Program-made: the position numbers and the translations under genes
IMG/VR virus record: IMGVR_UViG_3300024308_000302
Span: 62,001-126,000 of that record
Direction: 5' to 3' (one strand)
DNA length: 64,000 nt
Part shown: positions 28,625-37,956 of the stretch, one piece after another
Layout of the letters: each line of letters starts with the position of its first letter
How positions within the stretch are numbered: position 1 is the stretch's first letter
The notes under the pieces: model-generated
Seen by the model: the letters and a program-made list of their open reading frames with translations, nothing else
Told to the model about the DNA's origin: nothing
The model's database searches: none

Positions 28625-29362
28625 TTAAATTTTAGCTCCAAGCTGGTATTTGTTCATAAAAGCACACAGTTGTTCAAAACTGTTATCATTCCTTAGAATT
28701 TCAATATCTTTAGGGAATTGAACAATAAATGTGTCTAATGGCATCATACTGTAATCACTTGTTCTTTTTTTGGAATGTTCAAGAGTTTTAGCACCCAAAG
28801 AGTGATATCCATTTAACAGATGATTTGCAATAGCATCAATAGACTTTTTACCTACTTCAACTCTAATATCATCATCCAACTTGAGACACATAGAATCTGT
28901 ATTGAATGTCCAATTGTTCAAAGCAAAAGAAACAGGCTTAACAATATAAGCTGCATTTTCCTCAAGAATAGAAGGGATAACAGTGGTCATATGATCCATC
29001 AAACCATTGAATGTATAGTCTGGACCCATGCAAGGATCAAAAAGATCATCATAGAACTCCGTAGCAACTACATCACCATCTTTAAACTCGACATTAGCTA
29101 AAGAATCAAAAAAGTTGTCTTTAATATACTGCGAAATTAAATAACGAACTTTTTCACGCAAATGATAAGATTTGTTGGCTCGCAAATAATTAAGTGCTGC
29201 CAGTTTAAATGGTTCAATATCAACTTCGGGAAGATAACTTGTAATAAAAGAAATCAGATCACCATCACGAATGCTCAATGAACAGTTATTTGAAGTAAAT
29301 CCAACTGACATTTCAAGTAAAGGTGCAAAATAATTCTTAGATTTTTCTTCTTGGATTTGCAT
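28625..29362 (-). CDS. hypothetical protein, paralogue of 27827..28564
   Basis: As above; tandem arrangement. Confidence 0.85.
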   Translation of the reverse strand: MQIQEEKSKNYFAPLLEMSVGFTSNNCSLSIRDGDLISFITSYLPEVDIEPFKLAALNYLRANKSYHLREKVRYLISQYIKDNFFDSLANVEFKDGDVVATEFYDDLFDPCMGPDYTFNGLMDHMTTVIPSILEENAAYIVKPVSFALNNWTFNTDSMCLKLDDDIRVEVGKKSIDAIANHLLNGYHSLGAKTLEHSKKRTSDYSMMPLDTFIVQFPKDIEILRNDNSFEQLCAFMNKYQLGAKI

Positions 29363-29419
29363 AATAACTCCAAATATTAAAAATAAAAAAAGCCCCGAAG
29401 GGCTTCTTTCTGGATGCCC

Positions 29420-29551
29420 TTACAGGCGACCTTTGTTTTGCTCAGCTTCTGCTTGCTCCCAAGCAGCTTCTTTGTCACGTTTGTTTTGATCGTCACGCTG
29501 TTTGTAAGCGGCTTCGATTTCTTGTTCACGGGTCATTTTTTGAGTAGTCAT
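29420..29551 (-). CDS. 43 aa helical peptide, paralogue of 37754..37888 (not in ORF track)
   Basis: MTTQKMTREQEIEAAYKQRDDQNKRDKEAAWEQAEAEQNKGRL; AAGGA RBS. Confidence 0.8.
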   Translation of the reverse strand: MTTQKMTREQEIEAAYKQRDDQNKRDKEAAWEQAEAEQNKGRL

Positions 29552-29668
29552 TGTTTGTGTTTCCTTTTGCAGTTACCGACTTAGCGGCGATTTGGTTTTT
29601 TTTCTTTGTTGCTTTCTATGGGTCTAAGTATACACACATTTGAAGGCTTTGTGAAGCCTTTTTTCAAC

Positions 29669-29890
29669 TTAAACCAAAAGATTTTTCAATTGGTGAGCAG
29701 CTACAACGTCAACGCCAGAAGCATCACCATTTTTCCAAGCAATACTGAAAAGCACATCAGGTTCACCATTAATATTGATGGAAAAAGATGCAGATTGAAC
29801 AGTAAACGATTTATTTTGATCAACCTGAACAGTATCACCAACAGAAACAGTAGCTCGATTGACAACAGCAGCTAAATTGAAAGTAGACAT
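29669..29890 (-). CDS. hypothetical protein
   Basis: Start MSTFNL. Confidence 0.7.
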   Translation of the reverse strand: MSTFNLAAVVNRATVSVGDTVQVDQNKSFTVQSASFSININGEPDVLFSIAWKNGDASGVDVVAAHQLKNLLV

Positions 29891-30012
29891 AATAAGAGAT
29901 CCTAAAGATAGGTGAATTGAGCTATGATTATAGCACAAAACAGAAAAGCCAATCAAGAAGATTGGCTGTATTTAGGCTCGAAAGCCACTTTTAATGGGAA
30001 TCAACATCATTC

Positions 30013-30156
30013 CTATTTGTGTTTCTGATCTTTCTGAGTGCCTTTTTGATTCTGTTGATTAAGGTTTTGGCCCTGATTTTGCTTTGCACCAGTAGGCTGT
30101 GCCTGCTTATTTTGTGGTTGAGACTTATTTTGGTTTTGATTCTGAGTTGTATTCAT
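30013..30156 (-). CDS. 47 aa Gln/Asn-rich peptide (not in ORF track)
   Basis: MNTTQNQNQNKSQPQNKQAQ...; GGAGG RBS. Confidence 0.75.
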   Translation of the reverse strand: MNTTQNQNQNKSQPQNKQAQPTGAKQNQGQNLNQQNQKGTQKDQKHK

Positions 30157-30270
30157 AAATACCTCCAAGGAATGTTTTTTGTTTGCAATCTATCTGTGAT
30201 GGATACAGAATTTATGAGAAATTCAAAAGACTGATTACGTGCCTTTATATATTAGATAGCAAGATTAGTA

Positions 30271-30621
30271 TTAAGTAACCTTTTTAACACCATCTAAAAT
30301 ATGCTTTTGATCATCTGATAATAATTTATGAATCTCTTTCTTGGTTGATTCAAACTTAGAACCAAGAATTTGTTCAATATCTTTTATCTGACTATCATTC
30401 AAATTGAGTTTTTCATAATTATCTTTGAAAAACTGTTTCACTGAATCTTCTGAGTTAGAAACTCTATGTGAAAACTTGTGTGCATTTTCATTTATGTAGT
30501 CGATACCTTTATGTACATTTGTATCAACTTTCTTTTTAAACTGTTTATCATTACAGTATTTAAATGTTGCATATGCGAGAGGCAAAACTGCAGCAAACCA
30601 TAGATTATTTATCTTATTCAT
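30271..30621 (-). CDS. membrane-anchored hypothetical protein
   Basis: N-terminal hydrophobic stretch; GAGG RBS. Confidence 0.75.
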   Translation of the reverse strand: MNKINNLWFAAVLPLAYATFKYCNDKQFKKKVDTNVHKGIDYINENAHKFSHRVSNSEDSVKQFFKDNYEKLNLNDSQIKDIEQILGSKFESTKKEIHKLLSDDQKHILDGVKKVT

Positions 30622-30856
30622 ATATCAATCCTCTATTATTTGTTCAGCTAACGATAGCATGAATATTTGTTTTGTCAATAACAAGAATCATTCGCAACCA
30701 GCAAAATAGCCTTGTATAATAAGGATTTAGGTATAATTGTATATTGATAAAAACATTAATATTTAGGTAAATATAGAATAAGAAAAAATTGAGAATATTT
30801 TTTTTCAAAAAAAAACAAAAAACCGGCACTTGGCCGGTTATAAAATTGCAACTTTA

Positions 30857-31237
30857 TTAAAATGCTGTTGTTTCAATAATATGTTTTTTAACAAATTCCA
30901 CTATATCTGCACCATCTGGCAAAACAAATTTATGATTATTGGGATCTTCATAAAGAGCTTTCTTCAAATTGAAAGCATGACAAACAACCAAAATATTACT
31001 GGCAATGTAGCCAATGCTATTATCTTTTCTATCCAGAGTACGAGTATTGTAAGATTGTTTTTTGTCAGTAGGGTTTGCGTCAACAAGTGGCATACCAGTA
31101 ACTTGGCAATGCGATACAGAAAGATATTCTAACATTTGATCAAGATTGATATTGAATTCACGACCACGTTTTGCACATTTACGCTTCATGAAACCCAATT
31201 TTTCTTGTGCAATAGCGATTTGTTCATCTGTATACAT
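30857..31237 (-). CDS. T4 Srd-like / His-Me finger protein
   Basis: KRGREFNI, C..TG.PL, LDRKDNSIGY..NIL..C..FN.KK. Confidence 0.65.
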   Translation of the reverse strand: MYTDEQIAIAQEKLGFMKRKCAKRGREFNINLDQMLEYLSVSHCQVTGMPLVDANPTDKKQSYNTRTLDRKDNSIGYIASNILVVCHAFNLKKALYEDPNNHKFVLPDGADIVEFVKKHIIETTAF

Positions 31238-31291
31238 GGTGATAATCTCACTGGATTGATAAGCCATTATAGCAGAAAAGAAAACAGGCAG

Positions 31292-31795
31292 TCAAACTGC
31301 CTGTGGTGGAAAATACTCATGTTTTTCACGGTATAAGCCATGTTCTTTCAAATAGGTTTTAATGAGTTCAAACAATGCAGGAATTTCAATATAATCTTTA
31401 TCATAACCACAACTGGTGTAGTAGTCAGTTGAGCGATATCCATCGCTACCCACTCGCATATGTTTGCGTACAGCTAAAACCAATTGATCGACATGTTCAC
31501 TTTTGAGTCGTGGAACAATAAGTGAAACAATAACAGCAATTGCTTGATTTTTATGATATCCATTAAACAAACTTTCATATTCTGTGTCATCATCATCATC
31601 GTCAGATTCAGACCAAGAACTACGAACAAGTCTTGAAGTCATATAACCATATTTAAAAATTTTGTCGTCAAGTTGAGCGTAATCATCTGGCTCACTACGG
31701 GAATGAATGTTTGTTTTAGAAAAAGAATTTTTGCAATAGGTTTCAAAAGTCTTTTTAAGTGCTTCGATGTCAGTGTTCATCCAATAACGTAGCAT
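31292..31795 (-). CDS. hypothetical protein
   Basis: 167 aa ORF. Confidence 0.8.
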   Translation of the reverse strand: MLRYWMNTDIEALKKTFETYCKNSFSKTNIHSRSEPDDYAQLDDKIFKYGYMTSRLVRSSWSESDDDDDDTEYESLFNGYHKNQAIAVIVSLIVPRLKSEHVDQLVLAVRKHMRVGSDGYRSTDYYTSCGYDKDYIEIPALFELIKTYLKEHGLYREKHEYFPPQAV

Positions 31796-31836
31796 GTGAA
31801 AACCCTTCTGATTAAGTATGGCTTATTATACAATAA

Positions 31837-32115
31837 TCAAGCTTGATGCTCAAGCTGATTTTGAGGAAAATATGAATTAGCCATCTGTTCTATGGCATAC
31901 ACAACGTATTCAACAATTGATGTTATTTCATCTGTATAAATATCTGAAAAGTATTTGGGATCTCGTTTATATTTGGCAGCATAAGCAGCACAACGAAGTT
32001 CAGTTTCAACAGTGCCATCAACCAAAGCTCTAATATGTTTTTGCCAATAGCCAACAATTTCCATGCCTTTCATAACTTTAGCAGTAGGAAATGGTATTTT
32101 TGTATCATCTGTCAT
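31837..32115 (-). CDS. hypothetical protein
   Basis: 92 aa ORF. Confidence 0.7.
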   Translation of the reverse strand: MTDDTKIPFPTAKVMKGMEIVGYWQKHIRALVDGTVETELRCAAYAAKYKRDPKYFSDIYTDEITSIVEYVVYAIEQMANSYFPQNQLEHQA

Positions 32116-32408
32116 ATTTTCTTTCTCACTGAAAAACTAACGACACCACCAGACATGGTGCTTTCTTCATATTCTTGATCATAAAAAGATGAATAGCCAA
32201 TTGAAGTTTCTGAATGGATGGACTCATTAGAGGTTAAAAAGATTCTTTTTGCAAGAAGTCCACAACAAATACCAACGAGTAATGAACAAAAAATGTCAAT
32301 AACTGTAATACGATTACGTTGCCTAACCATCAAAAGATAGTTTTTAGCACCAATCAGTGTCCATATAGCAACAATAAACATAAAGCAGTATTGAATTGTC
32401 ATTATCAT
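32112..32408 (-). CDS. small membrane protein
   Basis: Two hydrophobic segments. Confidence 0.65.
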   Translation of the reverse strand: MIMTIQYCFMFIVAIWTLIGAKNYLLMVRQRNRITVIDIFCSLLVGICCGLLAKRIFLTSNESIHSETSIGYSSFYDQEYEESTMSGGVVSFSVRKKI

Positions 32409-32504
32409 ACTCCCTGTATTTTTATTAATAATACACCTATTTTAAAGAATTATCAATATTTTTTTATATTCATTGGAAATAAAAAAAGAGCACCATGCTC
32501 TTTT

Positions 32505-33023
32505 TTAAATTGAATGACTAGGAATATCTCTTGGACATAAATCTTCACCATTAAAATGCCCAGCTTGACCACAATAGGTTTTAAGGGCTTTTATATTATT
32601 ACTACACATAACTAAAGCATAGTTATCTATATATAAGGAAGGATCATAATCTGGAATATATCTATTTTGAAAAGTTCCTTTAGTCAAGTAGCCAGCGATA
32701 CCAGTAGTTGTTATAAAATTGTATTTAAAAGTTGTATTAATTTCTGGTGCATATCCAAGCGGAATTACATAATCATTCATGGCTAATTCAGAATCCTTTT
32801 CCTGATAAACCATCCAGTTAACAGTAGAATCATTATAATCAAACTCAATACAGCCAGCAGTATTTTCTGGTTCAATTGGAGTAGTTTGATCATTTATTTT
32901 AAACTGTATAGAACCATCAGGAAGTATGCCACCTTGTGGAACTTCTAACGGTGTATGAATAGAGTAATCAGCATAAGTGTTAAATATAAGAAGACTTAGA
33001 ATAGTTATAAGTGATTTGTTCAT
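32505..33023 (-). CDS. exported protein, PLE-motif family
   Basis: Signal peptide then DYSIHTPLEVPQGGILPDGSIQF. Confidence 0.8.
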   Translation of the reverse strand: MNKSLITILSLLIFNTYADYSIHTPLEVPQGGILPDGSIQFKINDQTTPIEPENTAGCIEFDYNDSTVNWMVYQEKDSELAMNDYVIPLGYAPEINTTFKYNFITTTGIAGYLTKGTFQNRYIPDYDPSLYIDNYALVMCSNNIKALKTYCGQAGHFNGEDLCPRDIPSHSI

Positions 33024-33132
33024 GAGAGTAATGAAATGTTAGTAATATTATAATAACATCGCATTATAAAAGATCAAGATTATGCTTGAAAAAAGGGAAA
33101 ATAATACAATGAGTGCTATTTTGTTAAAAATA

Positions 33133-33861
33133 TTAACAAATAAAAGAAGTGCTTTTAAAGAAAGATTCAGATTTAAAACCATCACTTCTGGCATCTTCAA
33201 GTAGTTGTAGAGTTTTAAACCGGAACAATTCACGCTTACTCCGAACATCAAAAACAACACGTTCAGTATAACCTTTAAGTTTAGGGTGTTTCTTTTGAAC
33301 TTCGCGGCTCTTTTCCTTATCAATGGCCATAGAGATAACAGCATCTTCAAGATCAATGCTCAAACCAATTTGATTTTGAACAAAATCATTAAAGGTGAGG
33401 AACTGAGTCAATTCAGGGTATTTCAAGTGTTCACGCAAGGCTTCAAGGGTCTTAAAGAAGCGGTCGTCAAAACCCACACCATGATGCACAATGAAAGAAG
33501 GCTCTTTCAGTGCTTGATAGGTCAAAATATTTTTATAGAGTTTTTCAATCATGGAACCTTTGCTTTCTTGATATTTGAACTCAAAGATAGAGCCAGTTTT
33601 CATATCAAAAAAGTCAGGGTCAATACGAATGTCTCCGATATGGATTTTACCTTGCACACCCCAACCACGAAGAAAACCTTCGGTTCCAAGGAAGCGAGTA
33701 AAATACAGATAATCATTATCAACCCAACGGGAAATGTCATCGTCACTTGTAGCGACATATCCGTTATTAACGAAATAGGGTTGACCAGCAGCGGCAATGA
33801 TCGCAAGACCAATCTGCTCAAAAACTGTACCGTTGCTTTTGCTGGAGTTTATCTTGCTCAT
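33133..33861 (-). CDS. PD-(D/E)XK nuclease-like protein
   Basis: IDPDF...IFEFKYQ.S.GS..EKL; start MSKINS. Confidence 0.65.
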   Translation of the reverse strand: MSKINSSKSNGTVFEQIGLAIIAAAGQPYFVNNGYVATSDDDISRWVDNDYLYFTRFLGTEGFLRGWGVQGKIHIGDIRIDPDFFDMKTGSIFEFKYQESKGSMIEKLYKNILTYQALKEPSFIVHHGVGFDDRFFKTLEALREHLKYPELTQFLTFNDFVQNQIGLSIDLEDAVISMAIDKEKSREVQKKHPKLKGYTERVVFDVRSKRELFRFKTLQLLEDARSDGFKSESFFKSTSFIC

Positions 33862-33996
33862 AATCAAAGACTTCAAATAACCTAATGAAGCCTGATTATA
33901 GCAAATTTGAGGTGTGCTGTAAAGGAAAAATGAAAGATTATATAGACAATAATCTATTATCACTCATAAAGAAAATAATTTTACAAAAAACATCAA

Positions 33997-34407
33997 TTAT
34001 GCAAAATCGTAAGCCTTCACATTACCTTTTTTGTCATAACCAACCTGCTGACAATCAATAAAGTCTGTCCAAGAAGGCAATTCTTTACGTTGTTCTTTTG
34101 TTGGCAACACCAACCGTTCTTGAATAACACAAAGGAAACCATCCAGAATAAAGCCACGGCTCTTTGCAGTAGTCTCATCAGAATAGCTGGACTCAACACA
34201 ATTATCATGAATTCCACTGTCAGAACGTGGGAATTTGATTACAAAATTTTTGCTGATAAATGTAGCCCGATTGCGACCACAAGATGGTTCGCCATATTTT
34301 GCAATCAATCGAGCCAGCACAAATTTAGCTCGGTCATTGATAGAAGCATCGTCCCAATCACAAAAATTAACTGATGGAATGCGTTGCTGAGTCATGTGAA
34401 GAGTCAT
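33997..34407 (-). CDS. hypothetical protein, possible minimal kinase-like fold
   Basis: R..F...FVIKFP...N..E and D...VGY..G.VKAYDF. Confidence 0.55.
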   Translation of the reverse strand: MTLHMTQQRIPSVNFCDWDDASINDRAKFVLARLIAKYGEPSCGRNRATFISKNFVIKFPRSDSGIHDNCVESSYSDETTAKSRGFILDGFLCVIQERLVLPTKEQRKELPSWTDFIDCQQVGYDKKGNVKAYDFA

Positions 34408-34452
34408 GTGAAAACTCCATTTTCGTTAGATGAAGCAATTATATCATACCTG

Positions 34453-35367
34453 TCATTTAAACAAAAGCATTTCTGCAAGATTAATTCTTTCCTCAAAAGA
34501 ATGAAGTGTATTGAATGGCCCAGTCATGAATATTTCTGGTAAAAGTTCTTTTATGTTATCGTCATTACACAACCTGAACTTTCTGAAAGTTACAAATTCA
34601 GATTCTGAAAAACCATCAGGATTACACTCAAATATACAATAAATGTCGTCAATAAATGCACGTTCAGAATATAATACTGAATTAAATGTCAATATCAACT
34701 TTTTATCGTAAAGTCCAAAAGAAGATGAAAAAGAAATATGTGTAAAATTCAAATTTAAGTCGAAATGAATTTGAATAGTAGGAAGCATGTCTTGAAAATA
34801 TTTCAGATTTTCTGGCAGTTTAACCCAATGGTTTTTAAAAGCAAAAGGTTTAACTTTAAAAGCAATGGAATTCGTAAGAATAACACCAACTCTTTCAATA
34901 TCCGTACCATATAAAAGAGAAAAGTCTCTATCAAATAAAGTATCAGTAATAAAGGGATCGAGTTCAAAATTTTCTTGAATTTTATCAAACTCAGAATAAA
35001 ATTTATTCAAAATAAATTCTAGAGAGTCATCTTTTCTAAAACTGTCGATCAAATAAGTTAACGAAGAATGAACTTTAATTGATTTGCGAGTTCCATTCAT
35101 GTTGTAATAAATACAGACACTATGTAAATCTTTATTTTCAAAAAAAATATCTAAATCAAGTGGTTCAATAGTATCATAGGGCAAATGTGAAACATATTGT
35201 TGAGAAAAATATTGTTGAATATCTATCTTATGAAATGGAATTTTGAACACAGTGCATTGGGCAACTTCTCTAATGTCATAAAACGAAGAAATAACAGATA
35301 TATCAGTCTCTGGAAAATTTAATTTCCGAAGAACTTCAATAACGTAAGGATAACGTGTTAAAGACAT
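34453..35367 (-). CDS. hypothetical protein, shares C-terminus with 37091..37687
   Basis: IKELLPEIF..GP...ERINLAEML. Confidence 0.85.
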   Translation of the reverse strand: MSLTRYPYVIEVLRKLNFPETDISVISSFYDIREVAQCTVFKIPFHKIDIQQYFSQQYVSHLPYDTIEPLDLDIFFENKDLHSVCIYYNMNGTRKSIKVHSSLTYLIDSFRKDDSLEFILNKFYSEFDKIQENFELDPFITDTLFDRDFSLLYGTDIERVGVILTNSIAFKVKPFAFKNHWVKLPENLKYFQDMLPTIQIHFDLNLNFTHISFSSSFGLYDKKLILTFNSVLYSERAFIDDIYCIFECNPDGFSESEFVTFRKFRLCNDDNIKELLPEIFMTGPFNTLHSFEERINLAEMLLFK

Positions 35368-35405
35368 TCTGCTAATTCCTTAAAATGGAAAAAGTCCCGA
35401 AGGAC

Positions 35406-35582
35406 TCATTCACCATCATCTGAATCAGATGGTTCATCTTCAATATCAAAGGAATAACTTCGACCATCACCTTTGTCAAAACCGGAAGTGAAACCAGATT
35501 CTACCTGTTCGCGGATTTTATCAAGGGCATCCAAAAGGTCTTCTGTAGTTTGACCAGTGCTTTCAAGTTTAAGAGTTAGCAT
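35406..35582 (-). CDS. 58 aa acidic protein (not in ORF track)
   Basis: MLTLKLESTGQTTEDLLDALDKIREQVESGF...; AAGGA RBS. Confidence 0.75.
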   Translation of the reverse strand: MLTLKLESTGQTTEDLLDALDKIREQVESGFTSGFDKGDGRSYSFDIEDEPSDSDDGE

Positions 35583-35596
35583 ATTTGTATTCCTTA

Positions 35597-36034
35597 TTAG
35601 TTGTGAGATTTATTAAGTTGAGTGTTGTTATAAACACTAGAAAAATGCATCTTTGCATCAATAAATACATTTTGATTTTCAAAAATCTTATTAACATCAT
35701 CATTGCCCAATGGTTTGTTGTGTTTAATACTTAGGGCAAAGTATTTTTGATAGCGTTTGATATAAACATTAACTTGATCTTCAATCAAAGAATGAATAAT
35801 AACATAATCATCAAACTTGATTTTGTCACAAAAACTTTTAGAAAGCTCACTGACTTTGAGGTCTTTTTCAAGTTCCGTAATAAAAAGATCCAACGCAGAC
35901 AAACTGGACTTGAAATCAAGCTCTTGAAGTTCACCAATAAGTTTTGAACCATAATCAGAAGATTCAACATGGTCCTCAATCAAGGTTTCCCGAGCTTTTT
36001 TTGCCATTTGATGCAGGGTAAGAACATGAGACAT
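35597..36034 (-). CDS. hypothetical protein
   Basis: 145 aa, GAGG RBS. Confidence 0.8.
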   Translation of the reverse strand: MSHVLTLHQMAKKARETLIEDHVESSDYGSKLIGELQELDFKSSLSALDLFITELEKDLKVSELSKSFCDKIKFDDYVIIHSLIEDQVNVYIKRYQKYFALSIKHNKPLGNDDVNKIFENQNVFIDAKMHFSSVYNNTQLNKSHN

Positions 36035-36086
36035 AAATGCACCTCTAATTTAAGATGACTAATTATACAATATCTAAACTATATAA

Positions 36087-36374
36087 TCAAGAAATGGTTA
36101 AAAAACTCTGAGTGTTAATGACTTTTATGTAAGCAAGTAGTAAATCCATGAATTTACGCTTTGTTTCTGGATTTTCTTGTTTTTGAACTAATTCGTAAAG
36201 GCGAAACATAGTATCACGATTTTCACAAGCTTTAATAAACCCAGATCGTGTATGTTGCAAATTGTAGTAACTAAGGAAAATATTCATTCCTTTTTGAATT
36301 TTTTTCATGATTTCTTCGTCAGAGTAAGGATAAAGACTAATCATTTTCATAAATTGAAGAATTGGATTATACAT
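36087..36374 (-). CDS. hypothetical protein
   Basis: 95 aa ORF. Confidence 0.7.
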   Translation of the reverse strand: MYNPILQFMKMISLYPYSDEEIMKKIQKGMNIFLSYYNLQHTRSGFIKACENRDTMFRLYELVQKQENPETKRKFMDLLLAYIKVINTQSFLTIS

Positions 36375-36465
36375 AAATTCACCTGTAATTTAAGCTACAA
36401 AGCATAAATATTAATGGAAAAATTATATCACAAACATAAAACTTTATCAAATAAAAAAGCCTGCA

Positions 36466-37029
36466 TCAGCAGGCTTCAGATTGTGGATTGAAGATATTTC
36501 TTGAAACTCCCAATAAGGCAATCACACCACAAACAACTTGCAATGTTGCAATAGGATAATTGCCCACATACATCAAGTGAACAAAAAATACAATATGAGT
36601 TAGCAAGTTGCTCATAAAGAACATCTTTTCACTGATTTTATGTTGTGTAAACAACATGAAAGTAAATGGTAAAGTAACAACTGGAATCCAACCAATACTT
36701 TGGAAGAACCAACCAGAAACATCATTCACAATATAGTTGGCTACAGCACCAATAAAAGTAAACAAAGAAATAATCATCATATTTTTAAAGGACACGAATT
36801 TAAAGTTCAACGTCACACCAAGAACAGCAAGAAGACTTGAAATGATAAACAATCCATTTGAAATAACAGACTGAATATTTTCAATCATTAAACTTGAAGC
36901 CATAAAAATAACAGAGGCCACTAACATGGCTGTTGAGAAAAACCAATGTTCTTTTTTAATTGTACCAAAGGAAATCAGGACAGATGCCAAAATGGCAATA
37001 AAGGAAGCAAACCAACTAATAACAATCAT
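36466..37029 (-). CDS. polytopic membrane protein (two 3-TM repeats, SWEET/PQ-loop-like topology)
   Basis: About 7 hydrophobic helices with internal W..ENIQ/GNYP-type repeat. Confidence 0.7.
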   Translation of the reverse strand: MIVISWFASFIAILASVLISFGTIKKEHWFFSTAMLVASVIFMASSLMIENIQSVISNGLFIISSLLAVLGVTLNFKFVSFKNMMIISLFTFIGAVANYIVNDVSGWFFQSIGWIPVVTLPFTFMLFTQHKISEKMFFMSNLLTHIVFFVHLMYVGNYPIATLQVVCGVIALLGVSRNIFNPQSEAC

Positions 37030-37090
37030 TGTTAACTCATTTTCTGAAATGGAACATTATTATAGCAAAAAATAGGTTTATTGGCAACTG

Positions 37091-37687
37091 TTAAATAATA
37101 AGCATTTTAGCTAAATCGATCCTATCTTTCAAATTAGGAATATTACTTGGACCTACAAGGAATAATTCAGGAAGAATCTCTATAATGGAATCTTTAATAT
37201 TTAAATGAATATGCAAAATATCTAAGACATCATCTTGAGGCAAACCAGTGAAATTTATATCAAGAATAGTAGTATATTTATCAGGAGCAGTATCATAAAG
37301 AATACCGTATGTTTTGATACAATGTAAAATATTACCACTTAAGTCAGTTGTAATCCTAGTTTCCATAACATGTTGTATATTATTACTTTTTTTCAAATAT
37401 TCTTTATATAAAAACATGACTGTGAAATTTGAATAATTATTAGAAGCCTTAAAAAGTATAATTCTTGGAAGCATATCTATAAGAGATGTCAAAAATTGTG
37501 GTATATAAGGAATATTAGGAGAAGAAATAATAACAGAACACTCAAGACGAATTTTATCATTATAAACAAGGTATTTATCAGAAACAGAATCTCTATTAAA
37601 GTCAAAATCAGTCAAATCTATATTAAAATTAGAAGACAATAAAGAAATAAAATGTTTGAGATTGTTCAAATAAGAGTTATTAGCCAT
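37091..37687 (-). CDS. hypothetical protein, shares C-terminus with 34453..35367
   Basis: IIEILPELF..GP...DRIDLAKML. Confidence 0.8.
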   Translation of the reverse strand: MANNSYLNNLKHFISLLSSNFNIDLTDFDFNRDSVSDKYLVYNDKIRLECSVIISSPNIPYIPQFLTSLIDMLPRIILFKASNNYSNFTVMFLYKEYLKKSNNIQHVMETRITTDLSGNILHCIKTYGILYDTAPDKYTTILDINFTGLPQDDVLDILHIHLNIKDSIIEILPELFLVGPSNIPNLKDRIDLAKMLII

Positions 37688-37753
37688 ATTTATTATTTCA
37701 CCTATATACAAAAACAAAAAAGCCCATACGGGCCTTTTTGTTTGAAGAAGGTT

Positions 37754-37888
37754 TTATTCATCAAAAACTTTTTTACTGTCTGCATCGATTTTATCCCAAT
37801 CGGCATCTTTCTCACGTTTTTGGGCTTGCTGATGTTGCTGGTAAGCCAGTTCAATTTCTTGTTCGCGGGTCAGTTTTTGTTGAGTCAT
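37754..37888 (-). CDS. 44 aa helical peptide, paralogue of 29420..29551 (not in ORF track)
   Basis: MTQQKLTREQEIELAYQQHQQAQKREKDADWDKIDADSKKVFDE; GGAG RBS. Confidence 0.8.
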   Translation of the reverse strand: MTQQKLTREQEIELAYQQHQQAQKREKDADWDKIDADSKKVFDE

Positions 37889-37956
37889 TTACATCTCCAA
37901 TTGCTTCGTTGTTTGTATGGGTTAATTATACTGATTTTTAGGCTTGCTGTAAAGCT

